Shown here: positions 19,189 to 30,348 of the stretch, one piece after another
How the letters are laid out: each line of letters starts with the position of its first letter
How positions within the stretch are numbered: position 1 is the first letter of the stretch
Notes under the pieces: model-generated
The model's input: the letters and a program-made list of their open reading frames with translations, nothing else
What the model was told of the DNA's origin: nothing
The model's database searches: none
DNA from: an uncultured virus (IMG/VR IMGVR_UViG_3300033463_000052)
Lineage: Duplodnaviria > Heunggongvirae > Uroviricota > Caudoviricetes
Reading direction: 5' to 3' (one strand)
Length of the DNA: 64,000 bases
Virus record (IMG/VR): IMGVR_UViG_3300033463_000052
Translations under genes and position numbers: made by a program

Positions 19189-19407
19189 AAGTAAAATGGC
19201 AACTTGCTCGGCTGGATTTTAACTAACTAATCCATTTGTCAAGTTATTACTTCTGCACTTCCATATACGCCAAAGACAGAACCAATATTAAATTCAAAAT
19301 GGAGGTTGTTGTTCTCTATCCATCACACATCCAGAACAACATAAGAGGTTGTATGTTTAATCTACTTGTTTATTATAACATATTTATTTTAATTTGTCAA
19401 GTAGATA

Positions 19408-19731
19408 TTAAATATTTCTTTGGAAATTATAAAGCACACGCTGAGCTTCATTATACTTCCAGCAAGATTCATCATAATACTTATTCATTTCATCAAAATG
19501 CTTCTGTGCTTCAAAAAGCAACTGTCTTGCTTCAATATACTTATTATAAGCCCTATTCATTCGCTTTTCTGCAACCTTAAAATCACATCTAAGCTGTGCA
19601 AGTCTTTCACCAATTTCAATACTGAAATTATCCTTGGGTGAACACTTTGCAATTCCCCTAACAACTTTCTTTGCATAAGTTGAAAGACAAATAATCTTGT
19701 TGTTGTTCCTAATAAACCTATACTTTGCCAT
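19408..19731 (-). CDS. conserved phage hypothetical protein
   Basis: STYAKKVVRGIAKCSPKDNFSIEIGERLA; own promoter and SD. Confidence 0.7.
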   Translation of the reverse strand: MAKYRFIRNNNKIICLSTYAKKVVRGIAKCSPKDNFSIEIGERLAQLRCDFKVAEKRMNRAYNKYIEARQLLFEAQKHFDEMNKYYDESCWKYNEAQRVLYNFQRNI

Positions 19732-19788
19732 AAATTTTAATTCCTTTCTTAATTTGTATATGTATTATATCATAAAAGTTTAAATTTG

Positions 19789-20706
19789 TCAAGTATTATT
19801 TTTCAAAAGAAAATTAAACATTTTACTTACATCATTGTCAAATTCTTCACAATCAAATCTTTCTCTACAACAACTATTTTTACAAAACTTTTTTTCAACT
19901 AAATCAATATACATACTGGCAGAATTAAATTCACCATCAATTCCATCATCACCCATAAAGAAGGAATCCCATTCTTTTTTAGTGAGAATATTTTCTAAAT
20001 TAAGTTGATTGATTGCAAGATTATCAAAACTAATAATTGAATAATAACTTTCTTCGATACAATTTGCTATAAATACTTTCCATGAAGCAATCATAAAATC
20101 AATTCTATCTTGATTATTATTATAAAAAGTAATACCTCTACGAAAATGTTTATAGCCTAATACTAAGATTTTAATATCTTTATTTGCTAACTTCTTTAAA
20201 ACTTCTAATGGTGTAACACCAATAATAACATGACATACTGCACCAACATCTTTAATTAAACTAATTTCTTCATTATTAATATCAAAAACAGAAACACCAA
20301 TTCCATTTATAAGTTTTTCATTATAAAGATATTTAATATATTCTATATTTTTTACAAAATGAAATTTATTTACAGTAATATTACAAATAATATTTTTTCT
20401 TTTACATTCTTTTAAGAAAATTTCAAGATGTGGATGGGAAAGTGGATTACCACCACCAATAGCAAGTTCAGTATAAGAAGGAATAGAATTAATAATATCG
20501 TTTCCAAAAACAAGCAAATCACTATGTTTCCCATCTTGTGTAGAATTTTCATGGCACATGGGACAACCCATGTCGCATTGATTTGTAATTTTTATATCCA
20601 TACTTTCTACTCTGGTAGGAATATAAATATCAGATTTATTATAACGAATTTTAGTTCCATCATCTAAAATCATTACTGTATATGTACCATTTTTATAAGC
20701 AAACAA
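19789..20706 (-). CDS. radical SAM enzyme
   Basis: CDMGCPMC (CxxxCxxC), AIGGGNP, NITVN. Confidence 0.9.
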   Translation of the reverse strand: MFAYKNGTYTVMILDDGTKIRYNKSDIYIPTRVESMDIKITNQCDMGCPMCHENSTQDGKHSDLLVFGNDIINSIPSYTELAIGGGNPLSHPHLEIFLKECKRKNIICNITVNKFHFVKNIEYIKYLYNEKLINGIGVSVFDINNEEISLIKDVGAVCHVIIGVTPLEVLKKLANKDIKILVLGYKHFRRGITFYNNNQDRIDFMIASWKVFIANCIEESYYSIISFDNLAINQLNLENILTKKEWDSFFMGDDGIDGEFNSASMYIDLVEKKFCKNSCCRERFDCEEFDNDVSKMFNFLLKNNT

Positions 20707-20727
20707 ATTCTATCTCCCTTAATATTC

Positions 20728-21258
20728 TTAATTTCCTTTAAAGAAATAATCAAAATGTTCTGAATCGTGATTAGGATTTGGAATATATGATTCAGTTTCA
20801 TCATCCCAAATTGTTGAATCAGCACAATAACACATGGAATCACCTTCAGAACTATTATCATTTCCTGTATATACTGTGCTATCACCAAACAATGCCCTTG
20901 CTAACAAATCTTCATCATTAAGAATTTCATGCATAATAGGTAATGCTTCATATGAATGGTCTACATAGCCAGATTCAATATAACCATATTTTGAATTATA
21001 ATGTGGTTCTTCAAAACTATATTTTACTTCCCATTTATCTAAAATTGATTTCAATTTTTTAATACTTTCATTATCATTACAATCTAATAATGTAGTATAC
21101 ATATAACTTGGAAAAGAATATTCACTTTCTTCCCATCCATATTCCCCAATATGGAAACGAATCGAATCTCCTTTTCTAATGGTTGCAGGACTTTTTGAAA
21201 TTGCAATACTATGTGTACCGCTTGAATTAGTTTCAAAAACACCTTTACGAATTTTCAT
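20728..21258 (-). CDS. ETNSS-motif protein adjacent to radical SAM gene
   Basis: N-terminal IRKGVFETNSSGTHS, GEYGW, GYVDH, GNDN. Confidence 0.75.
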   Translation of the reverse strand: MKIRKGVFETNSSGTHSIAISKSPATIRKGDSIRFHIGEYGWEESEYSFPSYMYTTLLDCNDNESIKKLKSILDKWEVKYSFEEPHYNSKYGYIESGYVDHSYEALPIMHEILNDEDLLARALFGDSTVYTGNDNSSEGDSMCYCADSTIWDDETESYIPNPNHDSEHFDYFFKGN

Positions 21259-21260
21259 TT

Positions 21261-21461
21261 TTAATTTTCCTCTGCACCAAAATAATTTCTAAAATACTTA
21301 ATCATTTCATCTTCTTCTGGGAAGAATGGGTCACGCCCATCTGCCGCCATTTGACCAAATGTATTACAAATAAACTGCCCAAAACGCCAATCTGGGCAAT
21401 TATTTTTCCAAATCTTTGCCAATTCATTACAAAAAGTATCAATTCTATTAGGATTCCTCAT
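21261..21461 (-). CDS. DUF1040/YihD-like small protein
   Basis: MRNPNRID...IW...PDWRFGQ...DPFFPEED. Confidence 0.65.
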   Translation of the reverse strand: MRNPNRIDTFCNELAKIWKNNCPDWRFGQFICNTFGQMAADGRDPFFPEEDEMIKYFRNYFGAEEN

Positions 21462-21702
21462 TTTTCATTTCCTTTCTTTCTCTTGCTTTTTTAACTCTTT
21501 CTTTTAACTGTTCTTTTTCTTCTTCACTATATTCTCTTGATTTTCGATATGGATTTTTCCCAAGCCTATAAGGGTATAAAGCACATTTAGATGCAGTACA
21601 TTCTTTTACATCTTGTTTCGACCCGCCACAACATTCAAAACAGAAAACTTGTATCGCTTTCATAGGTGTTGAAATGTCTGCGTCTTCATTAACATAAGGC
21701 AT
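21448..21702 (-). CDS. small Zn-binding hypothetical protein
   Basis: AIQVFCFECCGG...VKEC...CALYPYRLGKNP. Confidence 0.7.
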   Translation of the reverse strand: MPYVNEDADISTPMKAIQVFCFECCGGSKQDVKECTASKCALYPYRLGKNPYRKSREYSEEEKEQLKERVKKARERKEMKNEES

Positions 21703-22761
21703 ATTATTCCCCCCTTTTTAATTCTTCTGCATTATATCATATTTATTTTATTTTGTCAACAGGAAAATAAAATTCAAATTTAAAAATCAAAATGAAAAAT
21801 TCAAATTTAAAAATGAAATTCAAATTCACAGATAAAAAAATCAAATTCAATTTTTCAGACCACACTTTATTATAATATATTATATATATAAATATATAAT
21901 ATTAATATATTATAATAAATTATAAATATAATATATTTTTATATATGATATATTATTTTTGATTTTATTCAATTACCTTTAAATTAATACAATTAATATA
22001 ATATATTTATATATTTTAATTTTTATTTATAGAAAATATAAATATATTTAATAATATAATATATAAATTATTTGTTTCATTCATTTTATATGTTTCACCA
22101 AATTGATGAAACATATAAATTTAATGAAACATTTTAAAAAATATAAATAAAAAAATTGATTTTGAATTTATAAAAAATTTAATATTAATAGTTAAATTCA
22201 AATAATTTATAAATTAAGTTAAATTAAATATATACATATTTATCATATTTTCGCCAGTAATTACACTAAAAGTATAACTACTGGTGAAAATATAACATTT
22301 TCGTAATTAAAAGAAAAAAATAAAACCTTTTTTATTCTTGGTAAAATTTTTTTTACATAAATGTAACAACTTCATTTTTAAAAATGATAAAAAATATATA
22401 AAATAAAAAAGTCATTTTTAAAAATGAAAAAAAATAAATATAAAAAAATCAGAGAATTTTAAGAATAAAATCCTCTGCTTCTTTATCAGTATCAAATTTT
22501 CTAAGAAAACCATATTTAATAGTTTCCTTGTTTGTTCCATATACCAGCCAATCACCATAAGACTCTACAATTGTAAAACCATGAAATTCATAACTATACT
22601 TCATTTTAATTATCCCCTTTTATATATTTAAGAATCACTTTATTCTGTTCAATCCTTACATATGTTCCCTTCTTACAAGGGATTTTATGCATCTTCCACA
22701 GAATCCCCAAATAAGTATGAGAATTTGCTACATTTTCATTATCAAAATATACTGAATACAA

Positions 22762-23070
22762 TTACAAAACCTCCCATTCACCAAATTCATCATTCCAATA
22801 TTCAATATATGTACATCCATAAAGAACCCCAATTTCATCTAAAGGTTGGAAAGCCCTTTCATCATCATTAGTTGTAGCAACGCCTTTAACATACCATTCG
22901 CCATCGTCATCACAAACCCTAAACTTCTTGTTGCACTTCTTTACAAGCCTGTTAAACCTTGCTTTAGTCTCTTCTGGCGTTTCAGTAGGCGAAGCACGAA
23001 AACCCCTATATCCATCTTCAAATCTTTCATCTGCAAAAACTTTAGGATTAGCCCTTGTGATTTTATACAT
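22762..23070 (-). CDS. hypothetical early protein
   Basis: FRVCDDDGEWY...PLD...GCTYIEY. Confidence 0.65.
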   Translation of the reverse strand: MYKITRANPKVFADERFEDGYRGFRASPTETPEETKARFNRLVKKCNKKFRVCDDDGEWYVKGVATTNDDERAFQPLDEIGVLYGCTYIEYWNDEFGEWEVL

Positions 23071-23299
23071 CAGAATTTACCTCACTTTCAGCATCAAATT
23101 CCCTAATAATAGAACGACTATTATAAATTAAATCCCCATGACTATCTACAACAGTATATCTTTCATTTCTAAAAATGAAACATTTTTCATTATTTTGTTT
23201 AATATATTCCCTTGCTTGTCTTTTAATTTCATCTAAATTATCATTTGTCTCACTTGTAAAAGTATTTGTTGAAAAATAATAATCAATTTTTTGTATCAT
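23063..23299 (-). CDS. hypothetical early protein
   Basis: 78 aa coupled ORF. Confidence 0.5.
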   Translation of the reverse strand: MIQKIDYYFSTNTFTSETNDNLDEIKRQAREYIKQNNEKCFIFRNERYTVVDSHGDLIYNSRSIIREFDAESEVNSDV

Positions 23300-23300
23300 T

Positions 23301-23516
23301 TTAATCCTCCCATATAATTAATCCAATAATCATACCAATAATAATACTAATCGTCATTAAACAAATAATGCAAATAATTTTTATAACAAAATTATCAACA
23401 CTTAAAATAAAGTAAATAGGAAAAATAATATCAAAAAGAATAATAAGAAACCAAGAAACTAAGGAAAATTTATCTACTAAACTTTCATCTTTAAATACAT
23501 CTTTTATAAAATTCAT
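23301..23516 (-). CDS. small membrane protein
   Basis: Two hydrophobic segments. Confidence 0.55.
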   Translation of the reverse strand: MNFIKDVFKDESLVDKFSLVSWFLIILFDIIFPIYFILSVDNFVIKIICIICLMTISIIIGMIIGLIIWED

Positions 23517-23668
23517 TCTTTATTCAACTCCTTCTTCATTTTCTGCCTGTCATAACTTCCTTTGCCTTTTTTAGATTTGACAAAGTAACCTCTTCTTCTA
23601 AATTGCAAATATTCTTGAAGTTCAGCATCATTCTTTTTATTTACTCTTTTATCCATTTTTATCCCCCT

Positions 23669-24169
23669 TTATCTATTTTGAACATAAGACAAACTTCTTT
23701 TGTTACAGTAAGGACATTTGCATCTATTCAAATTCTGAATTACATTTCCAGCCCTATTATAATGCCATTCAGCCCCACATAAATTACAAGTAACAGTATA
23801 TTTAAAAAACTTAACTTCTCTTTCTATGCCTTTTTCCGCACAACTTGTCGTGCGTTTAATATTATATTTTGTATTACGATTAACTACATCTGCCCACTTC
23901 TTCCACTCTTTACCATGATTCATACAATTAGGGCAAGTATGCAAAAGTTCGTGAATCATAGTATTAAAAGTTGCTTCTTCTGAAATGCTATCGTCAAGAA
24001 GTCTATCAGAAATTTCAATGATATATTCATCTTGACATTCAAGCTTACACAGACCCCAACGCTTTTTTGCTCTGCTATTAACTTTTACCCTAATACAATC
24101 TGCAATAGGAATATTCAAGTCAATACAAATCTTTCTGCAATCTTCATAAACCTTTAGGACATTTTTCAT
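23669..24169 (-). CDS. SprT-like zinc metalloprotease
   Basis: RAKKRWGLC, HELLH, HGKEWK, C-terminal CNLC/CPYC. Confidence 0.85.
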   Translation of the reverse strand: MKNVLKVYEDCRKICIDLNIPIADCIRVKVNSRAKKRWGLCKLECQDEYIIEISDRLLDDSISEEATFNTMIHELLHTCPNCMNHGKEWKKWADVVNRNTKYNIKRTTSCAEKGIEREVKFFKYTVTCNLCGAEWHYNRAGNVIQNLNRCKCPYCNKRSLSYVQNR

Positions 24170-24400
24170 TTTTTATACCCCCCATTAACTTTATGCCATT
24201 ATATTATCACAAACTAATATAAATGTCAAGAAAAAATTTGCACAAAATAAAAAAAATTTTTTATGCAAATTGACAATACACATCATTTTCCAAAATGGAA
24301 TTTTATTATTTTATTTATTTTTTTCATTTTTCAAAATGACTTTTTTATATTTAAAAAAAAAAAATATAAGGCTGAATTTTTCAGCCTTATAAATAAAATA

Positions 24401-24607
24401 TTAAAAATTATCAATTGCCTTTTTTACTTTATTATAAAGCAATATAAAATCTTCCTTATCTACAAAAGATTCACCCTTATAGTCTGCATTTTCTACCATA
24501 TCAACCATCTTATTATAACAATCATTATCTTCAATAGGATAGTAATTGTCGCTTGCCATAATTTCAAGACTTTCAATCATTCTATCTGCCTTATTAATAT
24601 TCAACAT
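24401..24607 (-). CDS. hypothetical early protein
   Basis: 68 aa with SD. Confidence 0.55.
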   Translation of the reverse strand: MLNINKADRMIESLEIMASDNYYPIEDNDCYNKMVDMVENADYKGESFVDKEDFILLYNKVKKAIDNF

Positions 24608-24927
24608 AATTTTAATTCCTTTCTTAATCTTTTTTATTTTCTTCTATTTCTGCCATAGCCTTTTTAATAAATAATACAATTAAAAATATAACTATAACTG
24701 TTAAAATTATATAAGATACAGGCTCTTCAATAATAATTATCACCCCTAATTGTCAAAAATTTCAATTTGATAAATCCAAATATGAAAATTTAATTCACTT
24801 CCATCTTTAAAAACAAGTGTATTAAAAGCCATTTTAAATTTAATAGTTTTTACATCAGTATAATAATGTTTCATCCCATTAATCAAATCAGTTGCTACAA
24901 CGACCATTCTAAAACACTCCTTTTTAA

Positions 24928-25239
24928 TTAAAGTTCTTGAATAGCTCCACATTCAACTTGCTTCTTATAGAAAAAGGTGACCTTTTGAATATAATCTGCT
25001 GTCTTCTTTTTATCGCTAAACTTTACTGCAAAATCTGCTGAATGAACAAAATCAACTGTTTCCTTTTTTGTCTTGCCTTTATAAACAGAAAGACCACTTA
25101 AAGGGTCAATTGCAAACCATCCATCTTTGCCATGATAATAATTAAAATCATTATCAGTAAATCCATCCTTCTTAATGGCGGCAATTACCCCATCTTTATT
25201 TTTTGCCAATGTTCTAAAAGTTGTCTTGTACATTTTCAT
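24928..25239 (-). CDS. hypothetical early protein
   Basis: 103 aa with SD. Confidence 0.6.
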   Translation of the reverse strand: MKMYKTTFRTLAKNKDGVIAAIKKDGFTDNDFNYYHGKDGWFAIDPLSGLSVYKGKTKKETVDFVHSADFAVKFSDKKKTADYIQKVTFFYKKQVECGAIQEL

Positions 25240-25425
25240 TCACCTCTCTAAAATTTGACTAATACAAGCAAATACAGTATCTCTTCTAAAAGGATTATCA
25301 AGCCATATTTCTTCAAAATCACCATTAAAATATTTAATTATAATTGTATTGCCAACTTCATATTTATCAATACGCCTTACATTTTCCAAGGAATAAATTG
25401 AATTATCAACTGTAATTTTTTTCAT
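25240..25425 (-). CDS. hypothetical early protein
   Basis: Likely start MKKITVDN after SD and promoter. Confidence 0.5.
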   Translation of the reverse strand: MKKITVDNSIYSLENVRRIDKYEVGNTIIIKYFNGDFEEIWLDNPFRRDTVFACISQILER

Positions 25426-26052
25426 CTTTGTTCCCCTTTCATTTATTGTTTTTACATTATGTATATTAACACATTCTTTTTTCTTTGTCAAGTGTTTTTT
25501 TAAAAAATTTTTTTATTCATTTTTTAAAATGATAATTTTCAGTAAAAAATAAGTTTCACCAATTTGGTGAAACTATTAAAAATAATGAAATTAAAAAATG
25601 ACTTTTTTCTTAAGAAGAATTACAAAATTAACTCCATCAAAAAATACATCAAAAATTTCTTTTTCTTCTATATTAGCTCTATTTTTTAAAACAATTTCTG
25701 CATCGCCATATATTTTAATTCTTTCTGAAAGTTCATTAACTAATTCTGACATTTTCATTTTTTAATACCCCATTTCTTTTATAATAAACAAAATAGAAAA
25801 AGAAATAAACCAAAGAGAAATTTGAAGAATATATTTAAACCATTTTTCATTATACCAATTTAAAAAAGGACAAAGAATCATTACAATAAACATATAAATT
25901 TTAATTAGGGTCATATATTATCCCCTTTCTACTTCTTCATTATCAGGATAAATAATCATTGCCGCTTGCAATAAAATAATTCTTTCTTCATGTGTAAACT
26001 TTTCATATTGAATTGATTCTAACCACTTTAAAGCCTTTTTAGAAAGCATTTT

Positions 26053-26265
26053 TCAACCCTCCAATAAATCAAAAATAAAAATTAAATTTCCATTCTTATC
26101 AAGTTCTCTTGAAAAAATATGAGTATATTTTGTCTCAGGGTCAATAATAATAATTTTAGTTTCTGGATTATACCATCCACAAAGACTTCTATAAGCCATT
26201 TCTGCATTTGGTGCATCAACAGTATATAACTTATTTCCTTCAGCCATATACAAAAATCTTTTCAT
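26053..26265 (-). CDS. hypothetical early protein
   Basis: Likely start MKRFLY after GGAGG. Confidence 0.5.
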   Translation of the reverse strand: MKRFLYMAEGNKLYTVDAPNAEMAYRSLCGWYNPETKIIIIDPETKYTHIFSRELDKNGNLIFIFDLLEG

Positions 26266-26488
26266 TTTTATTTCCTCCAAAATCAATTTCAATTTTCATT
26301 TAGAATATTACAACATTTTTGTTTGTTTGTCAATAGTTTTTATAAAAAAATTTTGAGAATTTTTATTTATCATTTTTTAAAATCAAAATTAAATTTCTAA
26401 ATCACATTTTGAAAAATGAAATTTAGATTTAGGTTTTCATTTTTCAAAATCAAAATTTCAAAATTGAAAATTAAAAACGGGAAACAAA

Positions 26489-26866
26489 TTAATTGTCCCC
26501 CGTTAAATAATCTACCCATTCATTTAAATTGTTTATTACCTCTTCTTGTTCTTTCCTAAATTCAGTTTTTGATTTTGTATTCTTATAAATATATCTTATT
26601 ACATTTCCATTTTCAATTTTAAATCCTTTTGGTGCATCTACAAATTTTCTATTCTTTACAAAACTAATATAAGTATTTGGAATTTTATCTTCAAAATGTC
26701 CTTCGCAACAATCAACAGTAAAGAAATTTGCATCATTTAACTTTTGAATTGCATATTGCAACTTTGAATCTACAAGAATTAAACTCATAGAATAACAACT
26801 GCAAATACATTTATTAGGTCTTCGAAAACAAACAGGGCAAACATAATTCTTAGCCGCTCTTCTATT
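26489..26866 (-). CDS. Zn-binding hypothetical protein (start uncertain)
   Basis: CPVC...C, VD..LQ.AI..LN...TVDCCEGH. Confidence 0.5.
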   Translation of the reverse strand, partial: NRRAAKNYVCPVCFRRPNKCICSCYSMSLILVDSKLQYAIQKLNDANFFTVDCCEGHFEDKIPNTYISFVKNRKFVDAPKGFKIENGNVIRYIYKNTKSKTEFRKEQEEVINNLNEWVDYLTGDN

Positions 26867-27305
26867 ATTCTTCTTCGTATAATCCAACCTCCTTTGCACA
26901 TTCAATAATTGCGTTATACAAATATCGCCGGGAAATTTTATTGTCTTCATAACCCGTTTTAATTATCTGGTAGTAACTTTCTGACGGCATCTGATAATCA
27001 TGCTGTCCACACATAACATACACAATAGCGTTTTTAAGACCACGGCTGGTGCTTACAGGCAGATTAACCATCTTATAATATCCACCACGAACACCTTCAT
27101 ATCTGTCAAGTGCATAAAAATCCACTTCTGGTACTTCCCAAAGAACCACAGGAACACAATCACCATCAGAGGGAACAATATCCGCATGATAAGAAAACTT
27201 CAATTTGTAATTTTTAATCATTCCCTTTCCTACAACCTTAGAATCAGGACAACGCCATGCCATTTGCCCCAAATTCATATTAGAACCATAAGCCGCATAC
27301 AACAT
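26865..27305 (-). CDS. gamma-glutamylcyclotransferase (AIG2-like) family protein
   Basis: YAAYGSNMN..QM..RCP, LDRYEG, AIVYVM, PS..Y. Confidence 0.88.
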   Translation of the reverse strand: MLYAAYGSNMNLGQMAWRCPDSKVVGKGMIKNYKLKFSYHADIVPSDGDCVPVVLWEVPEVDFYALDRYEGVRGGYYKMVNLPVSTSRGLKNAIVYVMCGQHDYQMPSESYYQIIKTGYEDNKISRRYLYNAIIECAKEVGLYEEE

Positions 27306-28023
27306 TTAACATTCCTTCTTTCTTTTCTTTTTTTATTCTGCTTGATTATACCATATAATTTGTAATTTGTCAAGACCCAATTTTTACCGTTTTGTCATTT
27401 TTAAATTTGATATTTTTTACAAATAAAAGAATTTCATTTTTAAAAATGACAAAGAAACAAAATAAAAAAAAGAAAAGGGATTTTACTTTCCCTTCTCTTT
27501 TTCAATTTCTTCGCTTAAAGTTGTAAGATAAGAACTAATATCTAAAGCATCAATAAAAGAAAGTTCGCTTGACTTCATCCCCATAATAACTTTTATAAGA
27601 CGGCTAATATTTTCTTGCGCTGTCTCTCTTGCTTTATCATTATAATAAATCATTTTTTATTCTCCTTTAAATATTCTTCAACAAAGAAACTTCATCATAC
27701 CGACAATCAAAACCAGTTTTAGAATAATAAATGTCGGCATAATCACTTGCCCTTTCTTCTGCATCTTCACCACAAAACGCCTTAACTGCTTTTCCATTAT
27801 CAACATCAACAACAACCCAGATTTTCATTTTTAATTTTCCCTCCTGTTCAAGTTTACATATAATGTATCACAAAAATTCTTATTTGTCAACTACTTTTTC
27901 AAAAATATTTTTTAGAAATAAAAAACTCAAATCCAAAAATGGATTTCAAATTTTCAGCCGAGCGTTTTCGTTTTTCAAAATGGTGTAAACATATAAATAA
28001 AAATTGGTGGATTAAACCACTAA

Positions 28024-28410
28024 TTAATAACCATAATGGACAACGCAAATTTGACCCCATTTATTTTCTTCTATCTGTTTTTTCATTACATATAGATAAA
28101 ACAATAGATTTTCTGCTCTCCTGTAATTTACATTAGCACAATACATTTCAAGCCATTCAATAACTTCTTCTATTGTAGCCCATTTACAATGCTCCCCATA
28201 CGAATCTATACGCGCATCCTCACCATAAGAATCATTAATGTATAAATCAAAATCAATTTCCTGCGTAAAGATTTCTCTAAAACTCTTTCCGTTATATTCA
28301 TAATATCCCATCTTTGACAAATCAAATCTTGAAATTTCAGAACCAATTACAACTCTACCGTCAAAGCAAGTTTTACGCTCCACGAAAAAAATTCTGCTTT
28401 CGTAACCCAT
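28024..28410 (-). CDS. hypothetical early protein
   Basis: Likely start MGYESRI after SD; ends VVHYGY. Confidence 0.6.
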   Translation of the reverse strand: MGYESRIFFVERKTCFDGRVVIGSEISRFDLSKMGYYEYNGKSFREIFTQEIDFDLYINDSYGEDARIDSYGEHCKWATIEEVIEWLEMYCANVNYRRAENLLFYLYVMKKQIEENKWGQICVVHYGY

Positions 28411-28627
28411 AGAAAATTTCTCCTTTCGTTTAATGACAATGAAAGTGTAATATATTTTTTTCTTTTTGTCAAGTAGAAAATTAAAATTCATTTTTAAAAA
28501 TGAGATTTTTTAATTAGGATTTTTGTTTTTCAAAATGAATAAATATGAATTAAAAAAGAAAAACTGATTTTGAAAAATGAAAATCTCATGAATAAAAAAA
28601 TAAAAACGAAAAAATTAATTTCCATTT

Positions 28628-28837
28628 TTATAAATAATTATCAATAATATAATTTCTTGCCGCAATTTTTATATAACATTCTTTATTTCCATGTATAAGA
28701 TTATCTTTTTCATCAACAACAAAATCTTGAGAAGGATTTCCAAAATAACAATAACAAGTATACAATCTTTTATTTTTATCTTGCACAAGAATTTTTCTTG
28801 CAGTTCCAGATTTTCCACAATCACAAATTACTTTCAT
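28628..28837 (-). CDS. hypothetical early protein
   Basis: 69 aa with GGAGG. Confidence 0.55.
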   Translation of the reverse strand: MKVICDCGKSGTARKILVQDKNKRLYTCYCYFGNPSQDFVVDEKDNLIHGNKECYIKIAARNYIIDNYL

Positions 28838-28855
28838 TTTTTAATTCCTCCATAT

Positions 28856-29056
28856 TTAATGCCTAATACCGTTTTTATAAGTACATACAGTAAAATAATT
28901 TTCAAAAACAATTTTTTGTCTTACAATCCATTCGATACCATGACAAGCGGCTTTACCATGCTTTTTGTCAATTACATAATAAATTTTTTCAGGAAATTTC
29001 AAGCTAAGTTCTTTTGCTTCATTTTCTGCTTCAATACGAGATTTCTTTTGATACAT
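28856..29056 (-). CDS. hypothetical early protein
   Basis: 66 aa with GGAGG. Confidence 0.55.
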   Translation of the reverse strand: MYQKKSRIEAENEAKELSLKFPEKIYYVIDKKHGKAACHGIEWIVRQKIVFENYFTVCTYKNGIRH

Positions 29057-29079
29057 AATTTATACCCTCCCGGCAAAAT

Positions 29080-29391
29080 TTAAATTTCATTGTAATGTAA
29101 AGCGCAATGCATCCGAGCTTTTTCTAAAACAGAATCAGGAATTACAAAACCGTATCTTGTTAGTTGTGCTGGTCTTGCAATAAGCCCAGTTATATATTTT
29201 TTAGAATTATAATTATAAATATTAATAACTCCATTTTCAGTAATAACGTGAATTTCTTTTCCGTTTTTATGTCCTTTGTCTACAATGAAAATGCAGAGCT
29301 TTCCATTTACGGAAAGTATAGGCGCTTTAAGCTCTTCAAGAATAGCGGCGCGGCTTTTTCTGTCTGCTGAAAAGTGAATAGACGTTTTCAT
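29080..29391 (-). CDS. hypothetical early protein
   Basis: FIVDKGHKNGKEIH...LIARPAQL; own promoter. Confidence 0.65.
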   Translation of the reverse strand: MKTSIHFSADRKSRAAILEELKAPILSVNGKLCIFIVDKGHKNGKEIHVITENGVINIYNYNSKKYITGLIARPAQLTRYGFVIPDSVLEKARMHCALHYNEI

Positions 29392-29706
29392 TTTTTGAGC
29401 TTCCTTTCGCTGTTCAGTTTACTATACATTACCACATAATAAAAGATTTGTCAAGATATTTTTTCAATTTTTAATTTTGATTTTTTATATGATATAAAAT
29501 TCATTTTTTAATTTGGAATTTTTTCTCTATAATATTTTTATCATTTTAAAAAATGAATTTTAATATAATAATCTTATTTTTAAAAATGGAAATCTATTTA
29601 TAAAATATCGTTTTGAAAAATGAAAATCAAAAACAAAATTAAAAATTCAAATTTAAAAATGAAAATCCGACAAAAAATAAAAAATTAACCGGGATATTTC
29701 ACCCGG

Positions 29707-29919
29707 TTAATGTGCAAACTGTTTTTCAAATTCGCGCTGGTGGCGGCTTGTGGTCTGGCTCCATTTGCCCAAATGCTCCACAACTCCGTTAACACAACGG
29801 GAAACAATTGTATCATAGCTCTGAAGCTCCAGCACACCGTTGTCATGGTCAATTACATGGGCTTTACCGTAAAAGCTTTTGCGAGAATCGTAAATGTTGT
29901 TCAGTTCGTAAATTTTCAT
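29707..29919 (-). CDS. conserved small phage protein
   Basis: RKSFYGKA...LQSYDTIV...WSQTTSRHQREF; own promoter and terminator (29687-29709). Confidence 0.7.
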   Translation of the reverse strand: MKIYELNNIYDSRKSFYGKAHVIDHDNGVLELQSYDTIVSRCVNGVVEHLGKWSQTTSRHQREFEKQFAH

Positions 29920-30348
29920 TTTTTATTCCTCCATTTGTTTGATGTGAGTATAATATAACATATAGGGTTTCTTTTGTCAACTATTTTTTTAAAGAATCTC
30001 AGAAAAAATAATTGTTTGCTGAATGATTTCAGAATCAGAAAAATTAAAAGTAAAAATTTTTTTAAGGAATTTAATAAACATTTTTTGCATCCTCCCGCAA
30101 AATTTATTTTGTAATGTAAATATATCGCATGAAGACTATTATGTCAACGACTTTCTTTTGTAACTTTTGTCAATTTTCTGTTTCTTTTCGTCATTTTTTA
30201 AAATGGAAAAATTTTTAAATATCTAAATATAAAAATATCATTTTGAAAAATGAATAAAATAAATAAAATTAAAATAAAAAATCTTCATTTTGAAAAATGA
30301 GAATTTTAAAATAGATAAAAAAATAAAGGGGAAAAATCCCCTTTATTT

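Noticed and set aside
19060..19400. Purine riboswitch upstream of the permease
   Set aside because: No purine aptamer core found; a tRNA gene occupies the immediate upstream space.
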